Source: Pseudodesulfovibrio piezophilus C1TLV30
GTDB lineage: Bacteria > Desulfobacterota > Desulfovibrionia > Desulfovibrionales > Desulfovibrionaceae
DNA: 32,000 nt
Assembly (NCBI RefSeq): GCF_000341895.1
Contig: NC_020409.1
Location: 750,001-782,000 of the forward strand
Direction of reading: 5' to 3'
Shown here: one piece after another, positions 24,864 to 32,000 of the stretch
How the letters are laid out: each line of letters starts with the position of its first letter
Numbering within the stretch: the stretch's first letter is position 1
Translations under genes and position numbers: made by a program
Notes under the pieces: model-generated
Seen by the model: the letters and a program-made list of their open reading frames with translations, nothing else
Told to the model about the DNA's origin: nothing
Databases searched by the model: none

Positions 24864-25739
24864 CTATTCTTCCTTCTGGTAAATGATGGCACCAGGAAAG
24901 TGGATGGGCTTGAACGCACGTGTAATATTGTGCAGGGATTCAGAATGGCCGATAATAAGATAGCCTCCCGGAACCAAATTATCATAAAAAGCGCTGATAA
25001 CCTGCTTTTTCATCTCATCATCAAAATAAATTATGACATTACGGCAAAAAACAATCTGCGATCGCTCTATACGACGAACCTGAGTCCGATCCTTGAGATT
25101 TATCTGACCAAAATTAACCAGTTTCTTCAATTCAGGTTTGATCGAATTAGTCCCATCATTCATGTCAAAATAGCGCTGGGCAATCTCTTTCGGTGTCGTT
25201 CGCAAGGTGTAATCATTATAAACACCACTTCGAGCTGACTCCAAGACACGTTCAGAAAGATCATTGGCCGTAATCCGAATATCCCACTGCGCAATTTCAG
25301 TCCTGAGGGCCTCATGCAAAATCATGGAGATGGTATACGGCTCTTCACCTGTTGAACAACCAGCCGACCATATGCGAAGCTTACGCCCCTTGGAACGACA
25401 ATTTTTCAAGACCTCCGCAAGGACCTTCTCTTGAAAGACTTTCAACTGAGGTGGATTACGGTAAAAACTCGTTTCGTTGGTTGTAATGACCTCAAACAGT
25501 TTCTTTAATTCTCGATCTTTCCCACCATCATACCGCAAAAAATTATAGTATTCGTCAAAATTTCTCAGGTTTAATTTCTTAAGTCGGTTACCTAATCGAT
25601 TTTCAAGAAGATATTTCCTGTTGTCGGCAATATAAATACCGCACTGGTCATAGATAAAATCTCTCAGGCTTGCGAACTCATGATCAGTGATCTTGAGTTC
25701 CTTGCCAAGGGAGATTGTCTTTGAAAAAAGTGACGACAT
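24864..25739 (-). CDS. cheR: Chemotaxis protein methyltransferase CheR
   Basis: 291 aa. ETSFYRNP and RIWSAGCSTGEEPYTISM (SAM-binding) are typical CheR motifs. Confidence 0.92.
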   Translation of the reverse strand: MSSLFSKTISLGKELKITDHEFASLRDFIYDQCGIYIADNRKYLLENRLGNRLKKLNLRNFDEYYNFLRYDGGKDRELKKLFEVITTNETSFYRNPPQLKVFQEKVLAEVLKNCRSKGRKLRIWSAGCSTGEEPYTISMILHEALRTEIAQWDIRITANDLSERVLESARSGVYNDYTLRTTPKEIAQRYFDMNDGTNSIKPELKKLVNFGQINLKDRTQVRRIERSQIVFCRNVIIYFDDEMKKQVISAFYDNLVPGGYLIIGHSESLHNITRAFKPIHFPGAIIYQKEE

Positions 25740-25747
25740 GTATTCGC

Positions 25748-27685
25748 CTACCCCTGGGCTTCCTGAATATTTGAAATGGCACTCTCTGCCGCGCTCACAA
25801 GCTCATATTCATCACGATTAGTCATTTCCAATAAAGCCCGAAATGCGGATGTCCCACCAATCCCTCCTAATGCCTCGATAATTTTCATTTGTACAAAGCG
25901 ATTGGGATTCTCCAACATTTCAATCAGCTTGGGGACGGCTTCCTTGCTTTGATGCTCACCCAAAGCATCAATGGCTCTAATCTTGACCCAATCATCGCCA
26001 TCATCCAAAGCACGAATCATATATTGAACAAAATCTTCAGTGAAGCATTTTCCCAATATTTCGATAACAGTCAGTCGTACGTCTTTACTCTCATCATCAA
26101 GCATTCCCAAGACCATCGGCTTCCATTCGTCGTACGACTCACAAGACGTGGCCAAGGCTTCAATTGCCACTTTTCTAATATCCGGAATTTCATCTTCAAG
26201 CGCCTTACCAAGCACATCAAGATTCTCCATGGCCCCAAGTTTTCCCAGAGCATAAGTCGACATCAACCTATCCACTGGATTGTCACTCGAAAACATCGCT
26301 TTAAACCGCTCACGAACAACCGGCCCATTAATAGCAATACAGGCTTCCAGAGCGGCTTCCTTCACATCATCATATTGATGTTGCAAAAGAGGGAAAATCC
26401 TGTCTGCCACTTCAGCAAGTCTCAATTTTTCACCCAGGAAATAGACAGCACTTTTCAGAACAGTGCCGTCTGTATGCTCATCAAGAATCTTGATAAAGAA
26501 ATTTTGAGCGTGCTCTCCTCCGCGTTCAGCTGTCACGCTGACTATCTGCCTTTGAATCGGCAGTCCGACTTCCCAAAATGCAGCCATAAGCACACCACAC
26601 ACATCGCGTTCGCTACACGTTGCTCCCGGTGATACTTGTGAAAGGGCCTGAACAGAAACACGTGCCCTATCAGGATTTTCACCATGCACTCCTTCTCTGA
26701 GAGCATCTGTCAAACCGATTTCAGCCAGGAACCCTATGATACTATTTAGCCGCTCCTGATCCCTGTCTTGATCCAGCTTGCTGGCAATGTCGAGAATACC
26801 ACCCGAAGCTTGTTCTCCCCCCACATAAGCCAATCCCTGGATGGCGGCGTCCTGAATGTCTTCATCCTCATCTTTAAGGGCAACCAATAAATATTCTCGG
26901 AACCGTTCCCGTTCAGCAGTATTAAGCAATGTCAGAGACTTGCCACCAAGAATCTTGACAACAGCCTTGACAATTTTGTTTCTCAAAGCCGTATGCGAAT
27001 CATCCATACGTCTGAGCAACATGGTTACAGCCTTGACATTCCCCATTTCTCCAAGTGAATCAATGATCATTGAAGCAACAAGGTCGGACGCCTTATCCAA
27101 GGCCTTGACCATGGCATCCACAGAACTGGCATGCCCTATCTTGGTCAATGCTTCGACAACCGAATACTGAACCCACTCCTCATCCTCTATAGCCTTATTC
27201 AGACACGGAGCAGCCTCAGCCTTCCCAAGCTCCCCCAGGCTCACCGCAGCCTGATAGCGCACATTGACTTCCGGATCCTTGAGCAAAGCCATACAAAGGG
27301 GCTCGACTGCCAACAGATTGTCCGTCGAACCAAGGATGTCCGTTGCAAATATCCGAATATCCGTATCTTCATCGTGAACGAGTTCAATCAACGAGGGAAG
27401 ATCCTGACAACCTACCTCACGCAGAATGTCCATGGAAAGATTTCGAACCGGGGCTTCATCAGAGCGCAACAGAGGAAGAACTGCGCGTACAGTCTCCTTG
27501 CCACCTATCTTCCGCAGGGAACTATCCGCAGCCTCCTGAATACCCAAATGATTGGTTTGCAACAACTCGGCGAGTACCCCGACTGCTTCAACACAGTTGT
27601 CCTCTCCGGCACGAAATGCGCCCTCACGCACGACTTCTTTGTCGTCGCTTTTCAACAGTGCCAAATATTCTGTGCATTCCGCCAT
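25748..27685 (-). CDS. HEAT-repeat (PBS-lyase-like HEAT) protein, 645 aa
   Basis: It has about 18-20 tandem ~30-aa repeats of the type D.d..VR..Aa.aLG.iG...Av..L, for example DPEVNVRYQAAVSLGELGKAEAAPCL. GGAGG lies upstream of the ATG. The gene is embedded between cheB and cheR. Confidence 0.8.
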   Translation of the reverse strand: MAECTEYLALLKSDDKEVVREGAFRAGEDNCVEAVGVLAELLQTNHLGIQEAADSSLRKIGGKETVRAVLPLLRSDEAPVRNLSMDILREVGCQDLPSLIELVHDEDTDIRIFATDILGSTDNLLAVEPLCMALLKDPEVNVRYQAAVSLGELGKAEAAPCLNKAIEDEEWVQYSVVEALTKIGHASSVDAMVKALDKASDLVASMIIDSLGEMGNVKAVTMLLRRMDDSHTALRNKIVKAVVKILGGKSLTLLNTAERERFREYLLVALKDEDEDIQDAAIQGLAYVGGEQASGGILDIASKLDQDRDQERLNSIIGFLAEIGLTDALREGVHGENPDRARVSVQALSQVSPGATCSERDVCGVLMAAFWEVGLPIQRQIVSVTAERGGEHAQNFFIKILDEHTDGTVLKSAVYFLGEKLRLAEVADRIFPLLQHQYDDVKEAALEACIAINGPVVRERFKAMFSSDNPVDRLMSTYALGKLGAMENLDVLGKALEDEIPDIRKVAIEALATSCESYDEWKPMVLGMLDDESKDVRLTVIEILGKCFTEDFVQYMIRALDDGDDWVKIRAIDALGEHQSKEAVPKLIEMLENPNRFVQMKIIEALGGIGGTSAFRALLEMTNRDEYELVSAAESAISNIQEAQG

Positions 27686-27731
27686 ATGATCACGCCTCCC
27701 CCTGCTCGGGTGTTGGAAGGTCAGTCTTCAT

Positions 27732-28787
27732 CTATTTATAGAGATTGGCAATGATAGATTCTGCCAGATCATCAAGGTCCACTATTTCATCGGCCAGATT
27801 TTCATCGACTATAGCTTTCGGCATACCATACACGACACACGTATTGTCACTTTGTGCCAGGGCTCGCCCTCCCTTGCTCTTCAAATCCCGTATTCCTTCA
27901 CAGCCATCATTCCCCATACCCGTCAGGATGACTCCCAACGCGCGCCGACCCACAGCCTGGGCCACGGAACTAATGAGAACATTTGCCGAGGGTTTGTAGA
28001 GTTCTCCCGCAGGGTGATCAGTAACGACGACGTCGACTCGACTAATCTTCTGATCAAGGACAACATGCCTCCCGCCAGGGGCTATAAAAACATGCCCAGG
28101 CTTGAGAATATCCCCATTTTCAGCTTCCTTGACGGTCAAAGCGCTAACACCATCCAACCGTTTGGCGAATGGCCCCGTAAAAGCGGCTGGCATATGCTGT
28201 GCAATCACTATACTGGCAGGAAAATCTGCAGGCAGAGAAGAAAGAATCTTCTGCACCACAGGAGGCCCTCCTGTCGAAACACCTATCGCAATAACATCAC
28301 GCTTGGGCTTTCCTGTCGCAGAAGCGGCAACACTCTTGACTGGTGAGGACAAAGGGCGCGCAGAAGTCCGAGTTGCAGTGACATGCCGCATTTTGCGGGC
28401 AGCAACTGTCTTGACTTTGGCGATGAGATCTTTTTCGATTTTAACGACATCGAGAGAAACTTTGGACAGTTGCTTAGGGATAAAATCAACAGCCCCCAAT
28501 TCCATGGCTTTCAGAGTGGATTCAGCCCCTTCCGTTGTCAGGGAACTCACCATAAGGACCGGCCTGGGAGCTTCCATCATGATTTGCCGCAAAGCAGTCA
28601 AACCATCCATCTTCGGCATCTCGATGTCCATGGTAACGACATCAGGATCAAGCTTGCGGACCATTTCGAGGCCTTCACTACCGTCTCTGGCAGTGCCAAC
28701 AACCTTAATTCCCGGGTCCTTATCAAGCATCGTGCTGATAGCTTTCCGCATGAAAGCGGAATCGTCCACAACAAGAACTTTTATCAC
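27732..28787 (-). CDS. cheB: Chemotaxis response regulator protein-glutamate methylesterase CheB
   Basis: GTG start after AAGGAG. The REC domain has VLVVDDS and TMDIEMPKMDG. The esterase domain has IGVSTGGP, HMP and LTGMGNDG. Confidence 0.92.
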   Translation of the reverse strand: MIKVLVVDDSAFMRKAISTMLDKDPGIKVVGTARDGSEGLEMVRKLDPDVVTMDIEMPKMDGLTALRQIMMEAPRPVLMVSSLTTEGAESTLKAMELGAVDFIPKQLSKVSLDVVKIEKDLIAKVKTVAARKMRHVTATRTSARPLSSPVKSVAASATGKPKRDVIAIGVSTGGPPVVQKILSSLPADFPASIVIAQHMPAAFTGPFAKRLDGVSALTVKEAENGDILKPGHVFIAPGGRHVVLDQKISRVDVVVTDHPAGELYKPSANVLISSVAQAVGRRALGVILTGMGNDGCEGIRDLKSKGGRALAQSDNTCVVYGMPKAIVDENLADEIVDLDDLAESIIANLYK

Positions 28788-29019
28788 AAACCGTCTCCTT
28801 CCTTCCCAATCTCACCGATGAGTCAACTTTCTCCTTGCAGCACACAGTGGGCAATCAGGTTATACCCTATTCACCGGTTCACCCCAAGGGAATTATTATT
28901 TTAAATCATTTAAAATGGCACGATAGGCGCATTTGAGGTCTTTGTCCATCTCATTAGGGTTAAGTTGCATTTTTACCTTGCCTTTTAATCAGGGCTACGC
29001 TAAACCGCCTTCACAACGA

Positions 29020-29096
29020 CGGGATGTGGCTCAGTCTGGTAGAGCGCTGCGTTCGGGACGCAGAGACCGGAGGTTCAAATCCTCTCATCCCGACCA
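29020..29096 (+). tRNA. tRNA-Pro (anticodon CGG)
   Basis: Cloverleaf drawn by hand. Acceptor CGGGATG/CATCCCG, D arm GCTC-AGTCTGGTA-GAGC. Anticodon stem CTGCG/CGCAG with loop TTCGGGA. T arm GGAGG-TTCAAAT-CCTCT. Discriminator A and an encoded CCA. Confidence 0.9.
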
Positions 29097-29104
29097 GACA
29101 TTAC

Positions 29105-29144
29105 AGGCACTTGCATGAACTTCATGCGAGTGCCTTTTCTTTTG
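29105..29144 (+). terminator. Rho-independent terminator after tRNA-Pro
   Basis: AGGCACTTGCATGAA pairs with TTCATGCGAGTGCCT (one G-U) and is followed by TTTTCTTTT. Confidence 0.8.
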
Positions 29145-29300
29145 GCCCTCAAGCACCTCCCAACCAACCTGCATACAGCACATACAATTGCTCGAATTTA
29201 TACGTGATTTTGGACAGTAACGATATACTCAAAAAATCTAAAACCGTAAAAAATGACACACAAGGTGACACTCAAGACAAAAGAAAGAGTGCAAGACAAC

Positions 29301-29336
29301 GTAAAAAGGGCTTACAACTTTCGTTGTAAGCCCTTA
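29301..29336 (-). terminator. Rho-independent terminator after tRNA-Ser
   Basis: On the minus strand, AAGGGCTTACAAC-GAAA-GTTGTAAGCCCTT is followed by TTTTTAC. Confidence 0.8.
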
Positions 29337-29341
29337 AAATA

Positions 29342-29435
29342 TGGCGGAGAAGGAGAGATTTGAACTCTCGATGGAGTTTAACGCCCCATACACGCTTAGC
29401 AGGCGTGCGCCTTCAGCCAACTCGGCCACTTCTCC
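29342..29435 (-). tRNA. tRNA-Ser (anticodon GCT), long variable arm
   Basis: The reverse complement reads GGAGAAGTGGCCGAGTTGGCTGAAGGCGCACGCCTGCTAAGCGTG...GAGTTCAAATCTCTCCTTCTCCGCCA. Acceptor GGAGAAG/CTTCTCC, anticodon loop CTGCTAA, a long extra arm, and an encoded CCA. Confidence 0.9.
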
Positions 29436-29521
29436 GGTCTCGATAACACAGCTGTAACAGCAGGTGCGTCGAGGAAAGAGTGTCTACCTTTTCGCCTGTT
29501 CTTTGTCAATAAGGTTGTCCC

Positions 29522-31015
29522 CTATTTATCCTTTTTCTCTTCGGTTTCTCTGCGGCGTTTCCTTTTAAGGCTCTTGTATTTGGTCTCATGCCTCCGCGTC
29601 TTGGCACCACCTATACGCTCTCGGCCAGGACCACGCTTTCCAAGAGCTGAAATACCACGTCCCTTCTCCCAATCTTTTTTCTCATGACTGGAGCGGAATA
29701 CGACATTGACTGGCGCAGTCTTTATCCCGAGCATTTTTCGGAACTGGTTCTCAAGATATCGCGCATAGGCAGATTTTACCAGCGTGTGATCATTACAAAA
29801 GAAGACGAACGTTGGAATTGGTTCATCCGCTTGCGTGACATAAAAGAACTTGGGACGCTTACGCTTGACTACCGGAGGCTGTTGCTTTTCCAGAACAGCT
29901 TGGAGCGAACGATTCAAGATACCAGTACCGATACGAATTTCGCACTCCTTACGCATGGCTTCTGCCATGGGAAGAAGCTTTCCGATCCCCACACCCTTTT
30001 GTGCTGATGTCATGACGATGGGCACATGGGGGATAATTCTTAACTCACGCCGAAATGCATCAAGTGCCTGATTGGTCTCATTGCGGGGCACCAGGTCAGC
30101 TTTGTTCACCACAACAATGAACGGAGTTTTCTCCTTAGCGAGAAATTCGATCAGGCGCTTGTCCTGACGCCCCACACCAAGTGTTATATCAATGGTCAGT
30201 ATGGTAACATCCGAACGCTTGGAATTTTTAAGAGCACGAATGACACTTATCTTTTCAAGATGATCCTGGATATTTGCACGTCTACGGACGCCTGCAGTGT
30301 CCACAAAAGTATATCGCTTGTTCTTCTTCTCAAAAGTAACATCGATAGAATCACGTGTCGTCCCGGCAACATCACTGACAATGAGGCGATCCTGTCCAAT
30401 GATGGCATTGATGATTGAAGACTTTCCAGCATTGGGACGTCCCAACATAGTCAGCCTGAGGCCGCGCTCTATGCCGTCATCAACCTCTTCCGGCAGGTTG
30501 AGTTCAACGACAAACTGACGAACTCGCTTTCTGACTTCGGACAGATTGTAGCCGTGTGCGGCTGAAACAGGCAGGAGGTCCAACCCCATGATGTGGAAAT
30601 CCGAAGTCATGGCAGCAGAAAATTCGCTCCCGTCTACTTTGTTGACCAACATCATAACGGGTTTTCCACTTCTGCGAACATACTCGGCAGCTTGTTGGTC
30701 AAGCGGAGTCAGCCCCTCTTTCCCATCTACGACAAAGATAATGGCGTTTGCCTCTTCAATGGCTTCGCGGGCTTGTTCAAAAATTTCATCTTCGAAATCC
30801 TTGCTGAGTTCCGGTGTCGCTTCGGATTCGAGTACCATTCCTCCTGTATCAACAAGATCGAACTTGACATCGTTCATTTGGCATTCGCCATAGATACGGT
30901 CGCGCGTCACCCCTGGCATGTCATGGGTAATAGCCCGCGACTTCCTGAGTAAACGATTGAATAAAGTGGACTTTCCCACATTGGGGCGTCCGACGAGGGC
31001 GACGATTGGCAGCAT
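29522..31015 (-). CDS. der: Ribosome-associated GTPase Der/EngA (two GTPase domains plus KH-like domain, basic C-terminal tail)
   Basis: 497 aa. There are two G1 motifs, GRPNVGKST and GRPNAGKSS, each with DTGG/DTAG and NKVD/NKAD. The tail is Lys/Arg-rich. Confidence 0.93.
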   Translation of the reverse strand: MLPIVALVGRPNVGKSTLFNRLLRKSRAITHDMPGVTRDRIYGECQMNDVKFDLVDTGGMVLESEATPELSKDFEDEIFEQAREAIEEANAIIFVVDGKEGLTPLDQQAAEYVRRSGKPVMMLVNKVDGSEFSAAMTSDFHIMGLDLLPVSAAHGYNLSEVRKRVRQFVVELNLPEEVDDGIERGLRLTMLGRPNAGKSSIINAIIGQDRLIVSDVAGTTRDSIDVTFEKKNKRYTFVDTAGVRRRANIQDHLEKISVIRALKNSKRSDVTILTIDITLGVGRQDKRLIEFLAKEKTPFIVVVNKADLVPRNETNQALDAFRRELRIIPHVPIVMTSAQKGVGIGKLLPMAEAMRKECEIRIGTGILNRSLQAVLEKQQPPVVKRKRPKFFYVTQADEPIPTFVFFCNDHTLVKSAYARYLENQFRKMLGIKTAPVNVVFRSSHEKKDWEKGRGISALGKRGPGRERIGGAKTRRHETKYKSLKRKRRRETEEKKDK

Positions 31016-31059
31016 GATTTAGGCTCCGGATAGATTGTAGCTTTCGGGTAATGGATGTC

Positions 31060-31099
31060 AAAACCCGCGCCTTCTTGATGTACAAGGAAGCGCGGGCTT
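31060..31099 (-). terminator. Terminator hairpin after the MCP gene
   Basis: On the minus strand, AAGCCCGCGCTTCCTTG-TACA-TCAAGAAGGCGCGGGTTT (two mismatches) is followed by TTTTGAC. Confidence 0.65.
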
Positions 31100-31157
31100 A
31101 ACCTACCCTAGGTCAAATGTCGAGTCCATTGTTCTTCGGAAGAAAAGAACAAACAGG

Positions 31158-32000
31158 TTATTTCGTCGCCATTTCCTCAATAACCGAGTTCAATCGGGAA
31201 GCCATTGTCGCAACTTCCTGAATTGCCGCAGAAGCCTCTCGCATGATGTTCGACGTTTCCATGGAAATCTCATTGATTTCATCTGTGGCCCTATTGATCT
31301 CCTCACTCGTCGCGGACTGTTCTTCGGCGGCCGTAGCAATAGCACGAACCTGATCCGCCGCATTTTCAACTCTGGCAACGATCTCATGAAGCGCCTTTCC
31401 AGAGTCATTGGCAAGTTCAGTACTACGCGAGACAGACTCGGCGGCTTTCTCGGTAGCCAGTACATTATCCTTAGTCATCGATTGGATACGGACAATGGCA
31501 TTGCCAACTTCACTTGTCGCGGACATGGTTTTCTCCGCCAGCTTACGAACCTCGTCAGCAACAACGGCAAATCCACGTCCGGCTTCGCCTGCGCGAGCGG
31601 CCTCGATAGCAGCATTCAAAGCGAGCAGGTTCGTCTGATCCGCAATATCCGTGATAACCTCAAGAACATTTCCAATTCCCGCAGCCTGCTCACCAAGGTC
31701 TTCCATGGAATTTTTCAAATTTTCAGCCTGCCGTTGAACGTCGCCAACAGCTTCAATAACCTGACTGACTATCCTTTCACCATTCTGGGCATTCTCCTTG
31801 GCCTGATCCGCATCCTCGGCAGCCATGCTGGCATTTTGCGCAACCTCAAGAACGGTCACATTCATCTCTTCCATGGCTGTAGCCGTTTCAGCAGCACGAG
31901 ACCGCTGCGTTTCTGAACCTCGGTTGGCTTCATCGATTTGTGTGGACAATTCTTCAGAAGCACTGGATAAAGCCTGAGAAATATCCTCGGCCTCATTCGC
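31158..32000 (-). CDS. Methyl-accepting chemotaxis protein, C-terminal signalling domain (5' end beyond the right edge)
   Basis: The frame is open to position 32000 (manual check gives [28 protein letters not shown]...). The highly conserved hairpin-tip motif is [38 protein letters not shown]. Confidence 0.9.
   Translation of the reverse strand, partial: ANEAEDISQALSSASEELSTQIDEANRGSETQRSRAAETATAMEEMNVTVLEVAQNASMAAEDADQAKENAQNGERIVSQVIEAVGDVQRQAENLKNSMEDLGEQAAGIGNVLEVITDIADQTNLLALNAAIEAARAGEAGRGFAVVADEVRKLAEKTMSATSEVGNAIVRIQSMTKDNVLATEKAAESVSRSTELANDSGKALHEIVARVENAADQVRAIATAAEEQSATSEEINRATDEINEISMETSNIMREASAAIQEVATMASRLNSVIEEMATK

Noticed and set aside
25889-27754. Plus-strand ORFs of 247 aa, 104 aa, 207 aa and 132 aa
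   Set aside because: They are antisense to, or out of frame within, the HEAT-repeat gene. The repeat periodicity is evident only in the minus-strand frame.
28102-28821. 239-aa plus-strand ORF (and overlapping 164-aa and 173-aa ORFs)
   Set aside because: They are antisense to cheB, whose REC and methylesterase motifs are clear.
28916-28931. Sigma54-like element TGGCACGATAGGCGCA (GG-N10-GC) about 90 nt upstream of tRNA-Pro
   Set aside because: The -12 region is GCGCA rather than TTGCA. A sigma54-dependent tRNA gene would be very unusual, and no enhancer-binding-protein gene is nearby. It is probably a chance match.
29024-29329. 101-aa plus-strand ORF
   Set aside because: It starts inside tRNA-Pro and reads through its terminator and the AT-rich spacer. 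It is not coding.
29481-29509. TTGACA-N17-TAGACA on the minus strand upstream of tRNA-Ser as its promoter
   Set aside because: The -35 is perfect, but the -10 matches only 3 of 6, and the tRNA could be co-transcribed with der. Too weak to list as a feature.

Overview
This window looks like a core chromosomal segment of a sulfate-reducing Desulfovibrionaceae-type bacterium. That assignment is an inference from a D. gigas-type 59-aa ferredoxin, the Cys-X5-His-X15-Cys-X2-Cys adenylate kinase lid, a sirC/hemA cluster and moderate GC. I call 32 protein genes (two truncated at the window edges) and two convergent tRNAs (Pro-CGG, Ser-GCT).

Left to right:
- a glycosyltransferase pair (-)
- a tightly overlapping sirC / hemX-like / hemA / orf115 / tilS string, then adk (+)
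- an EamA transporter and a DUF1499 protein (+)
- a small ferredoxin missed by the ORF track (-)
- a 0.92-kb ORF-free spacer
- biotin carboxylase plus a fused alpha/beta carboxyltransferase (+)
- a periplasmic rhodanese (+)
- a long minus-strand string: cpoB-like, dprA, half-size UPF0016, orf137, HDOD, REC-GGDEF, Xer recombinase, cyclophilin
- an unknown polytopic membrane protein (+)
- a chemosensory operon cheB / HEAT-repeat / cheR / cheY / cheA (-)
- the tRNAs, der, and the 3' part of an MCP gene (-)

I see no CRISPR array, IS element, prophage, toxin-antitoxin pair or recognisable defence system.

I cannot support a clear new system from sequence alone. The best candidates for something undescribed are:
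- the 8405-9325 non-coding region, with strong C>G skew, two interleaved long-range inverted repeats and a micro-ORF
- the che operon with an embedded 645-aa HEAT-repeat protein and a CheA carrying two intact plus one degenerate Hpt domain
- the orf137 / HDOD / atypical REC-GGDDF module
- orf115, translationally coupled between hemA and tilS

All function calls rest on motif recognition by eye. No database search was run.
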